From: the human T2T-CHM13v2.0 reference genome, Homo sapiens
Assembly (NCBI RefSeq): GCF_009914755.1
Contig: NC_060935.1
Direction: 5' to 3' (one strand)
DNA: 64,000 bases
Part shown: positions 13,629-28,189 of the stretch, one piece after another
Layout of the letters: every line of letters begins with the position of its first letter
Position numbering within the stretch: position 1 is the stretch's first letter
Translations under genes and position numbers: made by a program
The notes under the pieces: model-generated
Seen by the model: only the letters and a program-made list of their open reading frames with translations
Database searches by the model: none
Told to the model about the DNA's origin: nothing

Positions 13629-16199
13629 ATAAAGACAGTTTTAAAGATTATCGGTAAAACAAAGTGTCTTGAAAATATAGACATTTGGTCTAAATTAAGG
13701 CCAGATATCAGATCTGCTAAATGCCTTAAGGTCAAACTGTTTCCTTGACCTTTGAAAATCATTCAGTTTACCTACTTTGGAGCATTAGATTATAGATGAG
13801 GCTTGGGGACACATGAAGAGCCTTGCCCTTAGCTATGCTGAAAAGAATTAGATCTTATCTTCACTTCTATCTGATGTCCTAGGCTTCACCCCAGTACATA
13901 ATTAAAATTGCTTACTTATCAGGTTTTTCACTAAAAAACAAAAGTAGCAAAGAGTTAACATTGGAATATGAAATTGAGATTACTGGAGAAACAGTTTGAC
14001 ATACAAGGTGCGTAGGGAATGTGTTTTTGGTAAAAGTTTATAAGAAGGCATAAGAATATGGCTTTTGTTAAAGGGAATGTAATTTTTTCTGGTTTAGAGG
14101 GGGTTTTAAAGACTGTCTTAAACTAAGAGAGAATAAGACAAAACTGAAAGTTTAAGCAAAGTGAAAAGGTTTTGTAAAGCGTTAATCTTATAAAAAATTC
14201 TGTGGGTATACACAAGTTGGCTAAGATGTAAAAGAAATTATTTAGCTTTTTACAATAGGTTAGAACACTAATCATACTGATGTGGGGCCAGAATCTGGGC
14301 CCATGTGTCCAAATAACAGGGTTTTCTTAGAAAATTGATGTGCTGTTTGATTGAAAATTGTAAAGCGTTCTAAAAAGTTTATAAAAATCTTATCTTATGG
14401 TCAAACTAATTAAAACTGGATAGAGATATAAAATTTTATTTTAAAAAACAAACTTTAACATTAAAGATGCACTAATGCAAACATGAAATTTGGTTTTCTC
14501 TTTTGAAGACAATTTTTATGTAATGTTAAAAGATAATGAAAGGGTTTTGTTTTCTCCTTTGGGTAAACGGCAGGAAATAAAAGGAGGAGAGGGAGGAGAC
14601 AGATTTAGTTGGCCTCATGCTATCTTCGTTGGGTTTTGTTTGGAAAGCTAACCCCCCTCCATCGGAGTAAAGGATACAATTGGAGAAACTGGTCATTTTT
14701 CCAAGGCTTTGACTGGAATGGCATGCTTCTTGTAAAGAATCAAAGTTGACTTATGGAACCAATTAAAACCCACTGGGGAATCTGGCCTCATACCTTGTCC
14801 AGACAGAGTCCCTGTACAAGGTTCCTGACCTGTGTTAAGTAAAGAATGTCACTTTCTAACAGGCCCAGGAACCCCAAGTTATCTTGAGGAGAGGACTTTG
14901 TTCAACTCATAGGTATCTGAGGGTTCAAACCCATGGCTGGGCTCGGCTTTTAAAAAGCCTTATCTGAGATTCTTCATGGAACAGAGTTTCATCAAAGCCA
15001 ATTAAAAAAGCCTAAGTGAAAAATAATTATTCTTGCTGCACTTTATGCAAATAATCAGGCCAAGTACAGTGAAACTAAAGTTTGTTTTGTAAACTGTAAG
15101 TCAGTTCTATCATAATTTGTTTTTAATAAAAATAGGGACTGGAGAGAGAAAAATTATGCTTCAAAAGAAAAACTATATTACACTTTTGTTAGCTGTTCTT
15201 GATGTTTTTTTTTCTGCAGGTTAGACTAAATTCTAAATTATTTGTGAGTTAGAAGGCCCCAGACAAATGCTTTCCAATCTTTGCTTTTAAAATTGGGAAT
15301 TGTACTCCTCATCCTAGGACTCATTATTTACCTTATAGCATGCTCTTCATTTAAATACTGTACTAAAACTATAGATGAGAGTACTAATATTTTTGCCACA
15401 CAAGCCTTGGAAGCCCATCCAGGCCTGCATGAATACACTCAGTAGCAAAGCAGTTCCACTCTTCTCACCTTGGGGTTCACTCCCATTCCCATTATGTCCC
15501 CTGTCAGCAGGAAGAAGCTGGAGTGATAGATGGCCTTTTCCCGTCTTCATAGCCTACATCTTAAGATTAAGGTGTTATAAAACCCAAAGGGAGGGATTGA
15601 AACTGCCTTTGCAAAATTATGACTGAGACCGTGAAAGAGATCTAACTTAACCGACTCCATCTTGCTTCTGACCTCCAAGCTGTCCTTGTGCATTCCTGGG
15701 CATAGGCTGAACTAACTTTGGGAGAAACTTAGTTTGTAGTTTATAGTTTGAACAAAGACAGCCTTTCCCAAAGCAGACCTCCTTCTTGCCTGGGGACTAG
15801 ATTAACGTTAGCCACAGGATTAGAAATTATCATTTAGTAGTCACACAGCTGGAGGCTACAAGATTCTGACCCTCCCTAAACTGCTCCTAAGATTAGTGCT
15901 TGAGATATTTTGCAGATCCCGCACTTGATGGATCAGCTGTCACCACCCAGATCGATAAACTGGCTCATCTGATCTTGTGACCCCCACTTAAGAAGTGACT
16001 CAGCACAAGAAGGCAGCTTTGACTCCCTATGATTTCAGCCCTGATTATTCAGCACTCTTGGCTCACTGGCTGCCCCCCAACCACCAAGTTATCCTTAAAA
16101 ACTCTGCTCCCCGAATGCTCAGGGAGACTAATTTGAGTAGTAATAAAACTCTGGCCTCCCTCAAAAAACAAAAAGCAAAAAACAAAAACAACCAAAACT

Positions 16200-16438
16200 A
16201 AGTATCTCAACAACATTTTGTAGGAGAAACACTTTCACAACCAGCAGAATGCAGAAAAATTTGTCAAATCCCAAAGCGTGGATATTTATGTTACAGAATT
16301 AACAAACTTATTTCTCATTGCCAAAAATGTGTTGATTGTAATGGTTCCTATTTTGATTAATAAAGATGTGTTTGAGCCTAGTTATAATGATTTAAAATTC
16401 ATGGTCTAATACCACAATTTACTTTTACACCAATATAA
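16200..16438 (+). mobile_element. Hsmar1 3' part (transposase C-terminus and right TIR)
   Basis: Continues the transposase to ..tgtgttgattgtaatggttcctattttgattaa; right TIR accacaatttacttttacaccaatataa followed by TA. Confidence 0.93.
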
Positions 16439-16626
16439 TACTAATACACTTGGCTGTATCGTAGAGTATTAATAGATAATCAGGTGCTGCCACCTGCTAA
16501 AGGAATGAAGAATGAGCTGACTGCAGGTCCCATCTAAGGACTAAAGGTATAAAGCAAGTCAATTTTTTTGTGTTAACTCCAAACACTTTAATCATATAAA
16601 CAGAAGATTTACATGGGGCCTCTTAC

Positions 16627-17028
16627 CTCAGTCACGATGGTGGAGAGGAAAGAGCTTCTGTCGTACACCCAGCCATCCACACAGGGCTCCGTGTCTGGCT
16701 CATTTGTGTTGGGGAAGGTCCCGTTCAGGTGAAGGAGCTGCCACTGGGGATGGATAAAGCGCTGACACTTCTGTGGCCTCAGGTTTGAGTCCAGTGGGAT
16801 GGAGATTCTCAGGAGGTCATCCTTGCTGAGGGTCCCGGTATCATTGTCAGACACACTGTCATTGTCCAGGAGGGGGACCCAGCAGCGATGACTAGGGGTG
16901 AATGCAGTGAAGTTCTCCAACACAATATTAGGGAACAGTAGGATGTTGGTGATGCAAAAGAAAGCTATCAGACAAATCTGGAATCTCCCCATGCCACCCA
17001 CTTGATCCAGGAGCACATCAAAGCCCAT
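16627..17028 (-). CDS. SLC22A24: SLC22A24 coding exon 1 ([23 protein letters not shown]), organic anion/steroid-conjugate transporter
   Basis: 402 bp from ATG at 17028 to donor GTAAGA; SLC22 TM1 and large extracellular loop ([21 protein letters not shown]); N-terminus recognised as SLC22A24. Confidence 0.95.
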
Positions 17029-17620
17029 TGAGACTGAACAGGTGATCCCCAAGAGGAAGCACAATGACTTTATGAAGAGAAGTTCAGAGGGAGAAAATGT
17101 CCCCTTTCACAAAGTTACCATAGTGCCATGTGGATCCTGACACTGCTTTCTTCTTGGTGGGCCCTGCACTGAGTGGTGTGACACTACTGCAGAAGAGCAG
17201 TGGAAGGACTTTCCCCAAGTCCTTTAACTTTAGGCAGCCAAATAGTTTCAGAAGTCACAGATATAATTATTTGGCAAAGAGACTGCTAGCTGTTGACAAC
17301 TGAATCTTCTTAAAAGACTACTCTGTGAAAGATCCTGATCTCTGAGTTTCCTGATAAGTCAACGGTGGATTTTCAGGTGGATGCAGTCCCCACGTGACCT
17401 AAAATACACCTGTTCAATAGTCTGCCATTCTTCTCAGAAATGGGATATTAGAAAATCCAAAGTGAATTGCTTTATGATGTTCTTGTACAAAGATCAGAGA
17501 GCAGGGCTTTTTTTGGACTAGGACTGAGTTTTACTAAAAGTTAATAAAAACTATTCTTAGTTAAAGGAAAGTGGAATGTTGAGTTTAAACATTGACTTTT
17601 GCTAAGTGTAGTTCTGCTTC
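17029..17620 (-). promoter_or_regulatory. SLC22A24 5'UTR and proximal promoter region
   Basis: Unique non-repeat DNA upstream of the ATG; HNF1-like GTTAATAAAAAC (~17540) and nuclear-receptor/HNF4-like TGACTTTTG (~17593). TSS cannot be fixed from sequence alone. Confidence 0.4.
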
Positions 17621-17971
17621 AGTTCAAGTCATACCAATGACAGGGCTTTAAAGATTTTTTAAAATAGGGAAATTAGGATAAGAAACAAAGAGAAAGGAAA
17701 TAGTGCTTTTATGTATTATAGTAGTATATTTCACCAGATTTATTGATTCATTCAAATATCATTTTGGGCTTTCTGGTGCTATTGCTGTAAATAAAGCAAT
17801 GTTAACTTACATATATTTATTTATAAGTTTAAAATAAAATTTGAGCTCAATGTCTCATATAAATGATAGGTTTGTAAATAATTGTACTGTAATGTCATCA
17901 TATAACTATAAGGAAGATACACAGTGTGCTATGGAAGATTAAGGAGAAACTGTTTAATGATACCTGGATAG

Positions 17972-18316
<345 letters not shown>

Positions 18317-18627
18317 TGACCTACTCTTGTGGGAAGATTCTTGAGATAATGAAGCAGTGGATGAGGGACTGCAAGAGTCAATTTTTAAATGAGGGAATAA
18401 TAAGTACACAATTACAGTTAAAGGTGTGGCATAATTGTGTACCTACAAGGATATTCAAAAGCTAGCAGCTAAATAGCATGCACGGATATAATGGGAAAAG
18501 ACAGGTTGATTAAAAAGAAACCCAAAGAAACAAACAGAATCTCCAGAATTTATTCTGCCTCCAAGAAGTTCTTATTTTTGAATTTCAAACTGGTCACCCG
18601 TGAAACATCTTAAGATGCAGATTCCTG

Positions 18628-18798
18628 GACGGGTGCAGTGGCTCACACCCATAATCCCAGCTACTCAGGAGGCTGAGGCAGGAGAGCCACTTGAACCTGG
18701 GAGTGAAGGTTGCAGTGAGCTGAGATTGTGCCACTGCACTCCAGCCTGGGTGACACAGCAAGACTCTGTCTCAAAAAAAAAAAAAAAAAAAAAAAAAA
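18628..18798 (+). mobile_element. Monomeric Alu (left-arm start fused to right arm, or FRAM-like)
   Basis: ggacgggtgcagtggctcacacccataatcccagctactc..A24; TSD gcagattcctg. Confidence 0.88.
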
Positions 18799-18910
18799 GC
18801 AGATTCCTGTCCAGCCTGCAGAGATTCTCTGTTCAGGAAATGACTTTCATGGATCTATTCCAAACAGGAAATCTAATACATCACAGGGTTTTGTTGTAAA
18901 TTGTTAGAAA

Positions 18911-19289
18911 TGTTTTAGTTCACTAGGGCTGCATAACAAAATACCACAGACTTAACAGAAGGTGACTTTACAGAAGTTTATTTTCTCACAGTTCTGAAGG
19001 CTGAAAGTCTAAGATCAAGGTATCAACAGATTTGATTTCCTCTGAGCCTCTCTCTTTGGTTTGTCAATAGCTGCCTTCTCGTCATGTCCTCACATATTCT
19101 TTCATTTATGCATGTGCACACCTGGTGTTCCTTCCTCTTCTTATAAGGACACTAGTCATATTGGATCAGGGCCCCACCCTATGGGTCTCATTTTAACCTA
19201 TCCCCAAATATGGTTGTATTTTGAGGTATTAGGGGTTGGGACTTTGACATAGGAATTTTGGGAGTGGGAGACACAATTCACCCCATAAT
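18911..19289. mobile_element. MLT1-type MaLR LTR
   Basis: 'agggctgc.ataacaaaataccacagact..ttctcacagttctg.aggctg.aagtc.aagatcaagg..gacacaattca.cccata' motifs. Confidence 0.8.
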
Positions 19290-19419
19290 GGGGTTAGACA
19301 ATCACAATTATATTTTACTAAAGTTACTGACACAGTGTAAAAATAGTAAGAAGTGAACGTTCCAGCAAGGCAAACCATTCAGAACCACAAGAATAAAATG
19401 ATGTAAAGAATGATTACAG

Positions 19420-19630
19420 CTGTGAATTCACTGAGTATTCGCTATAAGTCGATTCTGTTGTAAGCACTTTTAATGTTTTCCTTATTTTAGTTCTCACCCT
19501 TGTTATCTACATTTTACCCCTGAGAAAACAAAGGACTAGACACATTAAATAACTTGCCAAAGGATATACAGAGTGTAAGTGGTAGAGCCAAAATATGGAC
19601 CATGGTAGTCTAAAGAAAAATCTCTTACTC
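19420..19630. mobile_element. MIR fragment
   Basis: 'cattttac...tgagaaaac...ttaaataacttgcc.aag....acagagtgtaagtggtagagcc' MIR core. Confidence 0.65.
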
Positions 19631-19653
19631 ACTTTAATAAATGACTTATTTTC

Positions 19654-19777
19654 TTTTTCTTTTCTTTTATTTTATTATTATTATACTTTAAGTTTTAGGG
19701 TACATGTGCACAACGTGCAGGTTAGTTACATATGTATACATGTGCCATGCTGGTGCGCTGCACCCATTAACTCATCA
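19654..19777 (-). mobile_element. Very short 5'-truncated L1PA 3' end
   Basis: tattatactttaagttttagggtacatgtgcacaacg..; TSD taaatgacttattttc on both sides. Confidence 0.9.
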
Positions 19778-20074
19778 GTAAATGACTTATTTTCATCTCA
19801 TAAATTAAATGATTGTTTTTATGCTCAGAAACAACGATGGCCTATCTAGAGTCAAGATGGCTGGAAGAGGAGAGGCTGAAACCATTGTACCCCATCCCCC
19901 AAATCTCCCATGAAACACAGAAAATTTAAAGGAGAGGAAATTAGTAAGTACCATGATGACCAAGTGTAGACACAAAAAGGAATAAGAAGGAATGTTCCAT
20001 AGGTCAAAATAGTGATGTATCTCTAGAGTAATGAGTAAGTAAAGAAGCATGCAGAGAAAAAAGCATTAGTAAGG

Positions 20075-20260
20075 ACAATAATGATCACTAGCAATATATT
20101 GTCATTTCCTATGTGCCAGACACTGGGCTGGGTGATTTCTGTGCATGTTATTTATTCCTCACAACAACCCCGTGAGATGGGTATTACCCTCCTTGGTTTA
20201 CAGGGAAAATGTAACATGGACAAGTGTTGTAATATGCCCTATTAAGTTGACTGGGATAGT
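20075..20260. mobile_element. MIR fragment
   Basis: 'cctatgtgccagacactgggct..tcctcacaacaaccccgtgagatgggtatta' MIR motif. Confidence 0.65.
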
Positions 20261-21129
20261 AAGATGTGAACACTGTATAAAGCTTAAAAAGTCTGGCAGG
20301 GAGTCCAGTGTTGGGTACACAGTGGAAGATTAGACTGGTGGCAATTAGGAAACTATGGGTGATGATACAAACACCCACCTGTAAAATTCTCATTCCACCC
20401 TCATGGCACCCAGGCTTCTTCTGTTTCACAGATTCTACAATCATTTGGACAAAAGAAGCCCAGGTACTGTAAGGTCAGCATGAGAAGTTTATGTCTTATT
20501 CAAATGGAAGAGAGGTGAAGTCTACTCACTCTTGCTGAGGTTGAATTCCTATTGTGCACCACCACAGCTATCTCTCTGTTTTATGTGCCTATAGGCTGTT
20601 ATGTTCATCTATTTATCTCTCATTTCCTTCCAGCATTATTGATTGTTTTGCTGGCTTTATATAGTTTCTTTAGGACACTTACATTGACTTGCTACTGTGC
20701 TCAGTTCTTTCCTTTGATCTCACTGACACCTTTCAGTATTACATGGCAGCAAGACTAGTTTTAACATCCATGTTTTCTTAGTGGAAACAAACTGTATACT
20801 GAAGGACATGGGAAGCTTTGGTAAGGCAATACTACTGTAAAAACTGAGGCCTCCCCTATAAGCCTGCATAGGAAGATGCACCAGGAAGGGCTGCCCTCAT
20901 CTCTGAATACACCTGCCAGTGAATCAATGGAATCAGAACCTTACCTATCTTTTGGGGAAGCAAGGAAAGCCAGGACACAGACAAAATAATTCTGTAGTGT
21001 AAGATAAGCTCCATTAAGAAATCACCAACCTCCTGACATACAAACGGACAGTGATGTCTCTCAATTTGAAAAGCAGAAACCAAAATAAACTTTGATGAAC
21101 CCATTTTCTCCTTAAGCTACTGCCCTATT

Positions 21130-22660
21130 ACCTGATATTATTGACAGCAAATCTTTTCTCACTTTCTTCCCTTCCATTTACAGTTTAACTCAATCCTATC
21201 AGGCGTTTATCACCAAATTTCTTCTTAGTAAGGAAGGTCTTAATGTTTTCCATATTATTAGATCCAAATGTTTATGTGTTGCAGTTGATAAATTCTTCTT
21301 CCTGGAAACATTTTTCTCATTTGGCCTCCCAGATTTCTACTCTGTTTTTATTTTACTAATTCATTCCAGGCTCTAGTTTCTCAGTCTTCTGTGCTGAGTC
21401 TTCAAACATTGGAGTTTTGGAGGGCTAAGTTCTTTAACAATTTCTCTTGTTTACATGTACTCACTTCCTTAATTTATTTTCTAATGCTTCTATCTTAGTC
21501 AGTTGCATGTTGCTATAAAGGAATACCTGATGCTATGTAATTTGTAAAGAAAAGAGGCTTATTTGGCTCATGGTTCTGCAGACGGTATAAGGATTGTGGC
21601 ATCAGCATCTACATCAACTGTGGGCTTCAGGCTGTTTCCACTGCAGAAGGTGGAGGGAAGCCAGGGTATTGTGGAGGTCACATGGCAAGAGAGGTAGCAA
21701 GAGGGCAGTTGGGGAGATGCCAGACATTTTTTAATAGCCAGTTCTTAAGGGAACTAATAGATTGATAACTCACCCACCTTCAAGAGAGAGCATTAATCTA
21801 TTCATGAGAGATCTGCCTCCATTACCCAAATACCTCCCAGTGGGCTCACCTCCGATAATTGGGGTCAAATTTCAACATGAGATCTGGAGGGACAAACATC
21901 CAAACTATAACAAACTCTTAGATTTTTATCTGCAGCAAACTACTCCCCTAAACTCCAAGTTTTAAAAATTGCTTTACCTTCAAATGACGCCCAGAATCTG
22001 ACTTCTCCTAACTACCAGCCTACTACCTCCCAAGTCTAAGTCCCTCTCATTTCTCACCTGGACTATTCCCCTGCCCCGCTACCTTTCTTCCACACAAATT
22101 GCAGAGTATACCGTTTCCAACTTGTCATGTCATGTCAAATCTCAAATACCTCCTGTGGTTTCCATGTCCTGCAGAATAATGTCAACCACCCTACTACCTT
22201 CAAGGTCTTATTAGATTTAGTCCCTTCTGTCCCTTTACCCATATGACTTTACCTTATTTTTCTCTACCCATACTGGCCTTCTTTGTGTTTCAAATGATGC
22301 TAGGCAATTTCCACTCCAGGATTTCTGCATTGACTTTTCCGCAAAATGCCTCAAAAATTCCATCAGTTCTTTCAGTTCTCCAGTCAAATGTTACCACATT
22401 TGAGAGGCCTTCCCTATGTTGTCTCCTTACATATTGATCTAGATGCCATCTCTCTCTCTACGCATATCCTTATTCTGTTTCATTTTCTTCATGCCATTGA
22501 GCACTACCAGCCATATATTTGCTTATTACCTATTTCCCCACTACTTGAATGTACTTCCAGTGAAATAAAACAGTCTGCTTTGATCTTTCTTGTATCCTCA
22601 TCATCGTGAAGAGTTTTTGGAACATGTTAAGTGCCAAATAAATAATTGTGGAACACTGAA
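21130..22660. mobile_element. L2 fragments interrupted by an MST LTR
   Basis: L2-like 'ctcatttctcacctggactatt', 'aaatgttacc...tgagaggccttccct', 'gtgccaaataaata' 3' end. Confidence 0.6.
21491..21912. mobile_element. MST-type MaLR LTR
   Basis: 'tgttgctataaaggaatacctga..atttggctcatggttctgcag..aaatttcaacatgagat.tggagggacaaacatccaaactata'. Confidence 0.85.
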
Positions 22661-23064
22661 CAAAGAAACATGAGACATTCCAAGATATTGGCAACCCATC
22701 GTAAAAACCACATAATATCATTTATTCAATAGAATTTGATATGGGGAACTAACATGCAAAGTTCAGACAAGGAATGGTAAAACAACTCAGACATCAGCAA
22801 TGGAGGAAGGTGCTACTACACGAACTGGAGAACAAGTAGAAGAGTTAATGCCACCTGTATTCAGGTGCTAGGATCACCCAGAGGAACCTAGAGGAAATGC
22901 GCTAGATGGGTGGGAGCTGGAACAACAGAGGAGATATTGTCACTGATGTAGGTCCTGCCTAAATCAAGGCGGCTTCTGCCTTCCTTTTGCTCTCCAATAT
23001 TCCACCGTCTTTTATTGCCTGGCCCTAACCACAATCAAATTGCCAACAGAATCTGGAAATGTAG

Positions 23065-23650
23065 TGTGATGGTTAATTTTAGGTGTCCACTTGACTCGAT
23101 TAAAGAGTACCTAGAGTGAGGTTTTCCAGAAGAAATTAGCATGTGCGTCTGAGTGGACTAGGTGAGAAAGATTCTCCCTCAATGTGGGTGGGCACCGTCT
23201 AATCTGCTGGGGGCCCAAACAGAACAAAAACAGAGAAAAGGTAAATTATTCTCTCTCTCCAGAGCTGGGATACACTTTTCTTATCTTGCTTTGGATATCA
23301 GAACTCCAGCCTATCTGGCCTTTGAACCCGAAAACTTATACCAGCAGCTTCCCAGGTTCTCAGGCTTTTGGTGTTGGAAGGAGAGTTACACCATTGGCTT
23401 CCCTGGTTCTGAAGTCTTCAGACTTGGACTGAGCCACATTACCAGCATACCAGGGTCTTCAGCTTGCAGACAACTTGTCACAGGATTTTTCAGCCTCCAT
23501 AATCACATGTGCCAATTATCCTAAGAAACCCCTATCATTCATATATATATATAATATATGTCATATATGTAGGAATGTCATATATGTATGAATACATATA
23601 TCATATATATATTCTACTGGTCTGCCTCTGTAGAACCCTGATTCATACAT
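23065..23650 (+). mobile_element. MLT2-type (ERVL) LTR
   Basis: tgtgatggttaattttaggtgtc.acttgact.gattaa start; ends 'tctg.ctctgtagaaccctgat...taca' after a (TA)n tract. Confidence 0.85.
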
Positions 23651-24066
23651 GCAGTTTGCAAGGACATCTCCCTGGTTATTACCTTTACTTATATTGGGAT
23701 TCCACTTTAACAAATGCTGTGGTATTCACCTATATTTGTTTTCAGAGTGTGCTATATTTCCATTATGATTTCCTAAAAATGCCTTTCTGCCTCCTCTATA
23801 TGTTCTGCTTCCTGAATCATTTAACAGGTATTATACTTTGTGCACAGACACACCTATTTTGTTTATTGATCAGTCTGTTTGCTCCTGTTCTCATACCTCA
23901 TTGTTTTTATACACTTGTTTTGTATATGCTTAAAATCTGGCAGGGAAAGTCATTTAGCTTTGTTCTTCTTTTCAAAATTAGAATAGTTACCAGCAAATCT
24001 ACACTAGTCTATATAAATTTTTAACCTTGTATGAGTATTGAAATTTACATATAGAAGTGTACCTAA

Positions 24067-24402
<336 letters not shown>

Positions 24403-24728
24403 TAAAAGAATTATTATAAACAGAACATGTATTTAACCACCATTCAAATGACAAAATCTAACTTAAGCGTAATTAAGAAAACACCTGTGTGCAACTTCAG
24501 AATAAATGTCTTCCTGCTTTTCTGTGAGTAACCACTTTTTAGATAATTGTAAAAATAATTTACAGGCATATCATTTTTTGTTTATGGCTCCTTTATCTTA
24601 GGTAAAATTTACACATTATGAAATATACAAATCTTAAGTGCAATTTCAAGGTATTTAAATAACTTCACTTAGCAGTGTAAACTGCAATCCTCTCAACATG
24701 CAGAACAATTTCCTACTCCCAGAAAATT

Positions 24729-26276
24729 CTTTTTTTTTATTATTATACTTTAAGTTCTGGGGTACATGTGTAGAACGTGCAGGTTTGTTACATAGGTATA
24801 CATGTGCCATGGTGGTTTGCTGCACCCATCAACCCATCACCTACATTAGGTATTTCTCCTAATGCTATCCCTCCCCTAGCCCACCACCCACCAACAGGCC
24901 CCAGTGTGTGATGTTCCCCTCCCTGTGTCCATGTGTTCTCATTGTTCCACTCCCACTTATGAGTGAGAACATGTGGTGTTTGGTTTTCTGTTCTTGTGTT
25001 AGTTTGCTGAGAATGATGGTTTCCAGCTTAATCCATGTCCCTGCAAAGGACATGAACTCATCCTTTTTTATTGCTGCATATTATTCCACGGTGTATATGT
25101 GCCACATTTTCGTTATCCAGTTTATCATTGATGGACAGTTGGGTTGGTTCCAAGTCTTTGCTATTGTGAACAGTGCTGCAATAAACATATGTGTACGTGT
25201 GCCTTTATAGTAGAATGGTTCGTAAACCTTTGGGTATATACCCAGAAATGGGATTGCTGGGTCAGATGGTGTTTTTAGTTTTAGATCCTTGAGGAATTGC
25301 CACACTGACTTCCACAATGGTTGAACTAATTACACTCCCACCAACAGTGTAAAAATGTTCCTATTTGTCCACATCCTCTCCAGCATCTGTTGTGTCCTGA
25401 CTTTCTAATGATTGCCATTCTAACTGGCATGAGATGGTATCTCATTGTAGTTTTGATTTGGATTTCTCTAATGACCAATGATAATGAGCTTTTTTTCATA
25501 TGTTTGTTGGCTACATAAATGTCTTCTTTTGAGAGGTGTCTGTTCATATCCTTTGCCCACTTTTTGATGGGGTTGTTTGTTTTTTTTCTTGTAAATTTGT
25601 TTAAGTTACTTGTAGATTAGCCCTTTGTCAGATGGATAGATTGCAAAAATTTTCTCCCATTCTGTAGGTTGCCTGTTCATTCTGGTGATAGTTTCTTTTG
25701 CTGTGCAGAAACTTTTTAGTTTAATTAGATCCCTTTTGTCAATTGTGGCTTTTGTTGCCATTGCTTTTGGTGTTTTAGTCATGAAGTCTTTGCCCATGCC
25801 TATGTTGCCTATGTTCTGAATGGTATTGCCTAGGTTTTCTTCTAGCGTTTTTATGGTTTTATGTCTTATGTTTAAGTCTTTAATCCCTCTTGAGTTAAGT
25901 TTTGTATAAGGTGTAAAGAAGGGGTCCATTTTCAGTTTTCTGCACATGGCTAGCCTGTTTTCCCAATACCATTTATTAAACAGGGAATCCTTTCCCCATT
26001 GCTTGTTTTTGTCAGGTTTGTCAAAGATCAGATGGTTGTAGATGTGTAGTGTTATTTCTGAGGCTTCTGTTTTGTTTCATGGGTCTACATATCTGTTTTG
26101 GTACCAGTACCATGCTGTTTTGATTACTGTAGCCTTGTAGTATAGTTTGAAGTTAGGTAGCTTTGTTCTTTTTGCTTAGAATTGTCTTGGGTATATGGGC
26201 TCTTTTTTGGTTCTACTTGAAATTTAAAGTAGTTTTTTCTATTTCTGTGAAGAAAGTGAATGGTAGGTTGATGGGT
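24729..26276 (-). mobile_element. 5'-truncated L1PA (3'UTR and ORF2 C-terminus)
   Basis: ORF fragments [11 protein letters not shown]-like, [21 protein letters not shown]. Confidence 0.92.
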
Positions 26277-26344
26277 GGGCTTCTTCCTAGATCAGTTTTG
26301 GCTGCTAGCCCTTATCTCTTGACTACAGATTTTTTCATTTTCCT

Positions 26345-28175
<1,831 letters not shown>

Positions 28176-28189
28176 TTTATTCATTATTT

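Noticed and set aside
16609-17064. ORF track's 151-aa call with an N-terminal extension and C-terminal VRGPM
   Set aside because: The extension starts at a non-ATG codon; the real start is ATG 17028, and the exon ends at the GTAAGA donor (16627)
23509-24024. 171-aa hydrophobic ORF
   Set aside because: Spans the MLT2 end, a TA-rich tract and AT-rich degenerate repeat; low complexity, no recognisable domain
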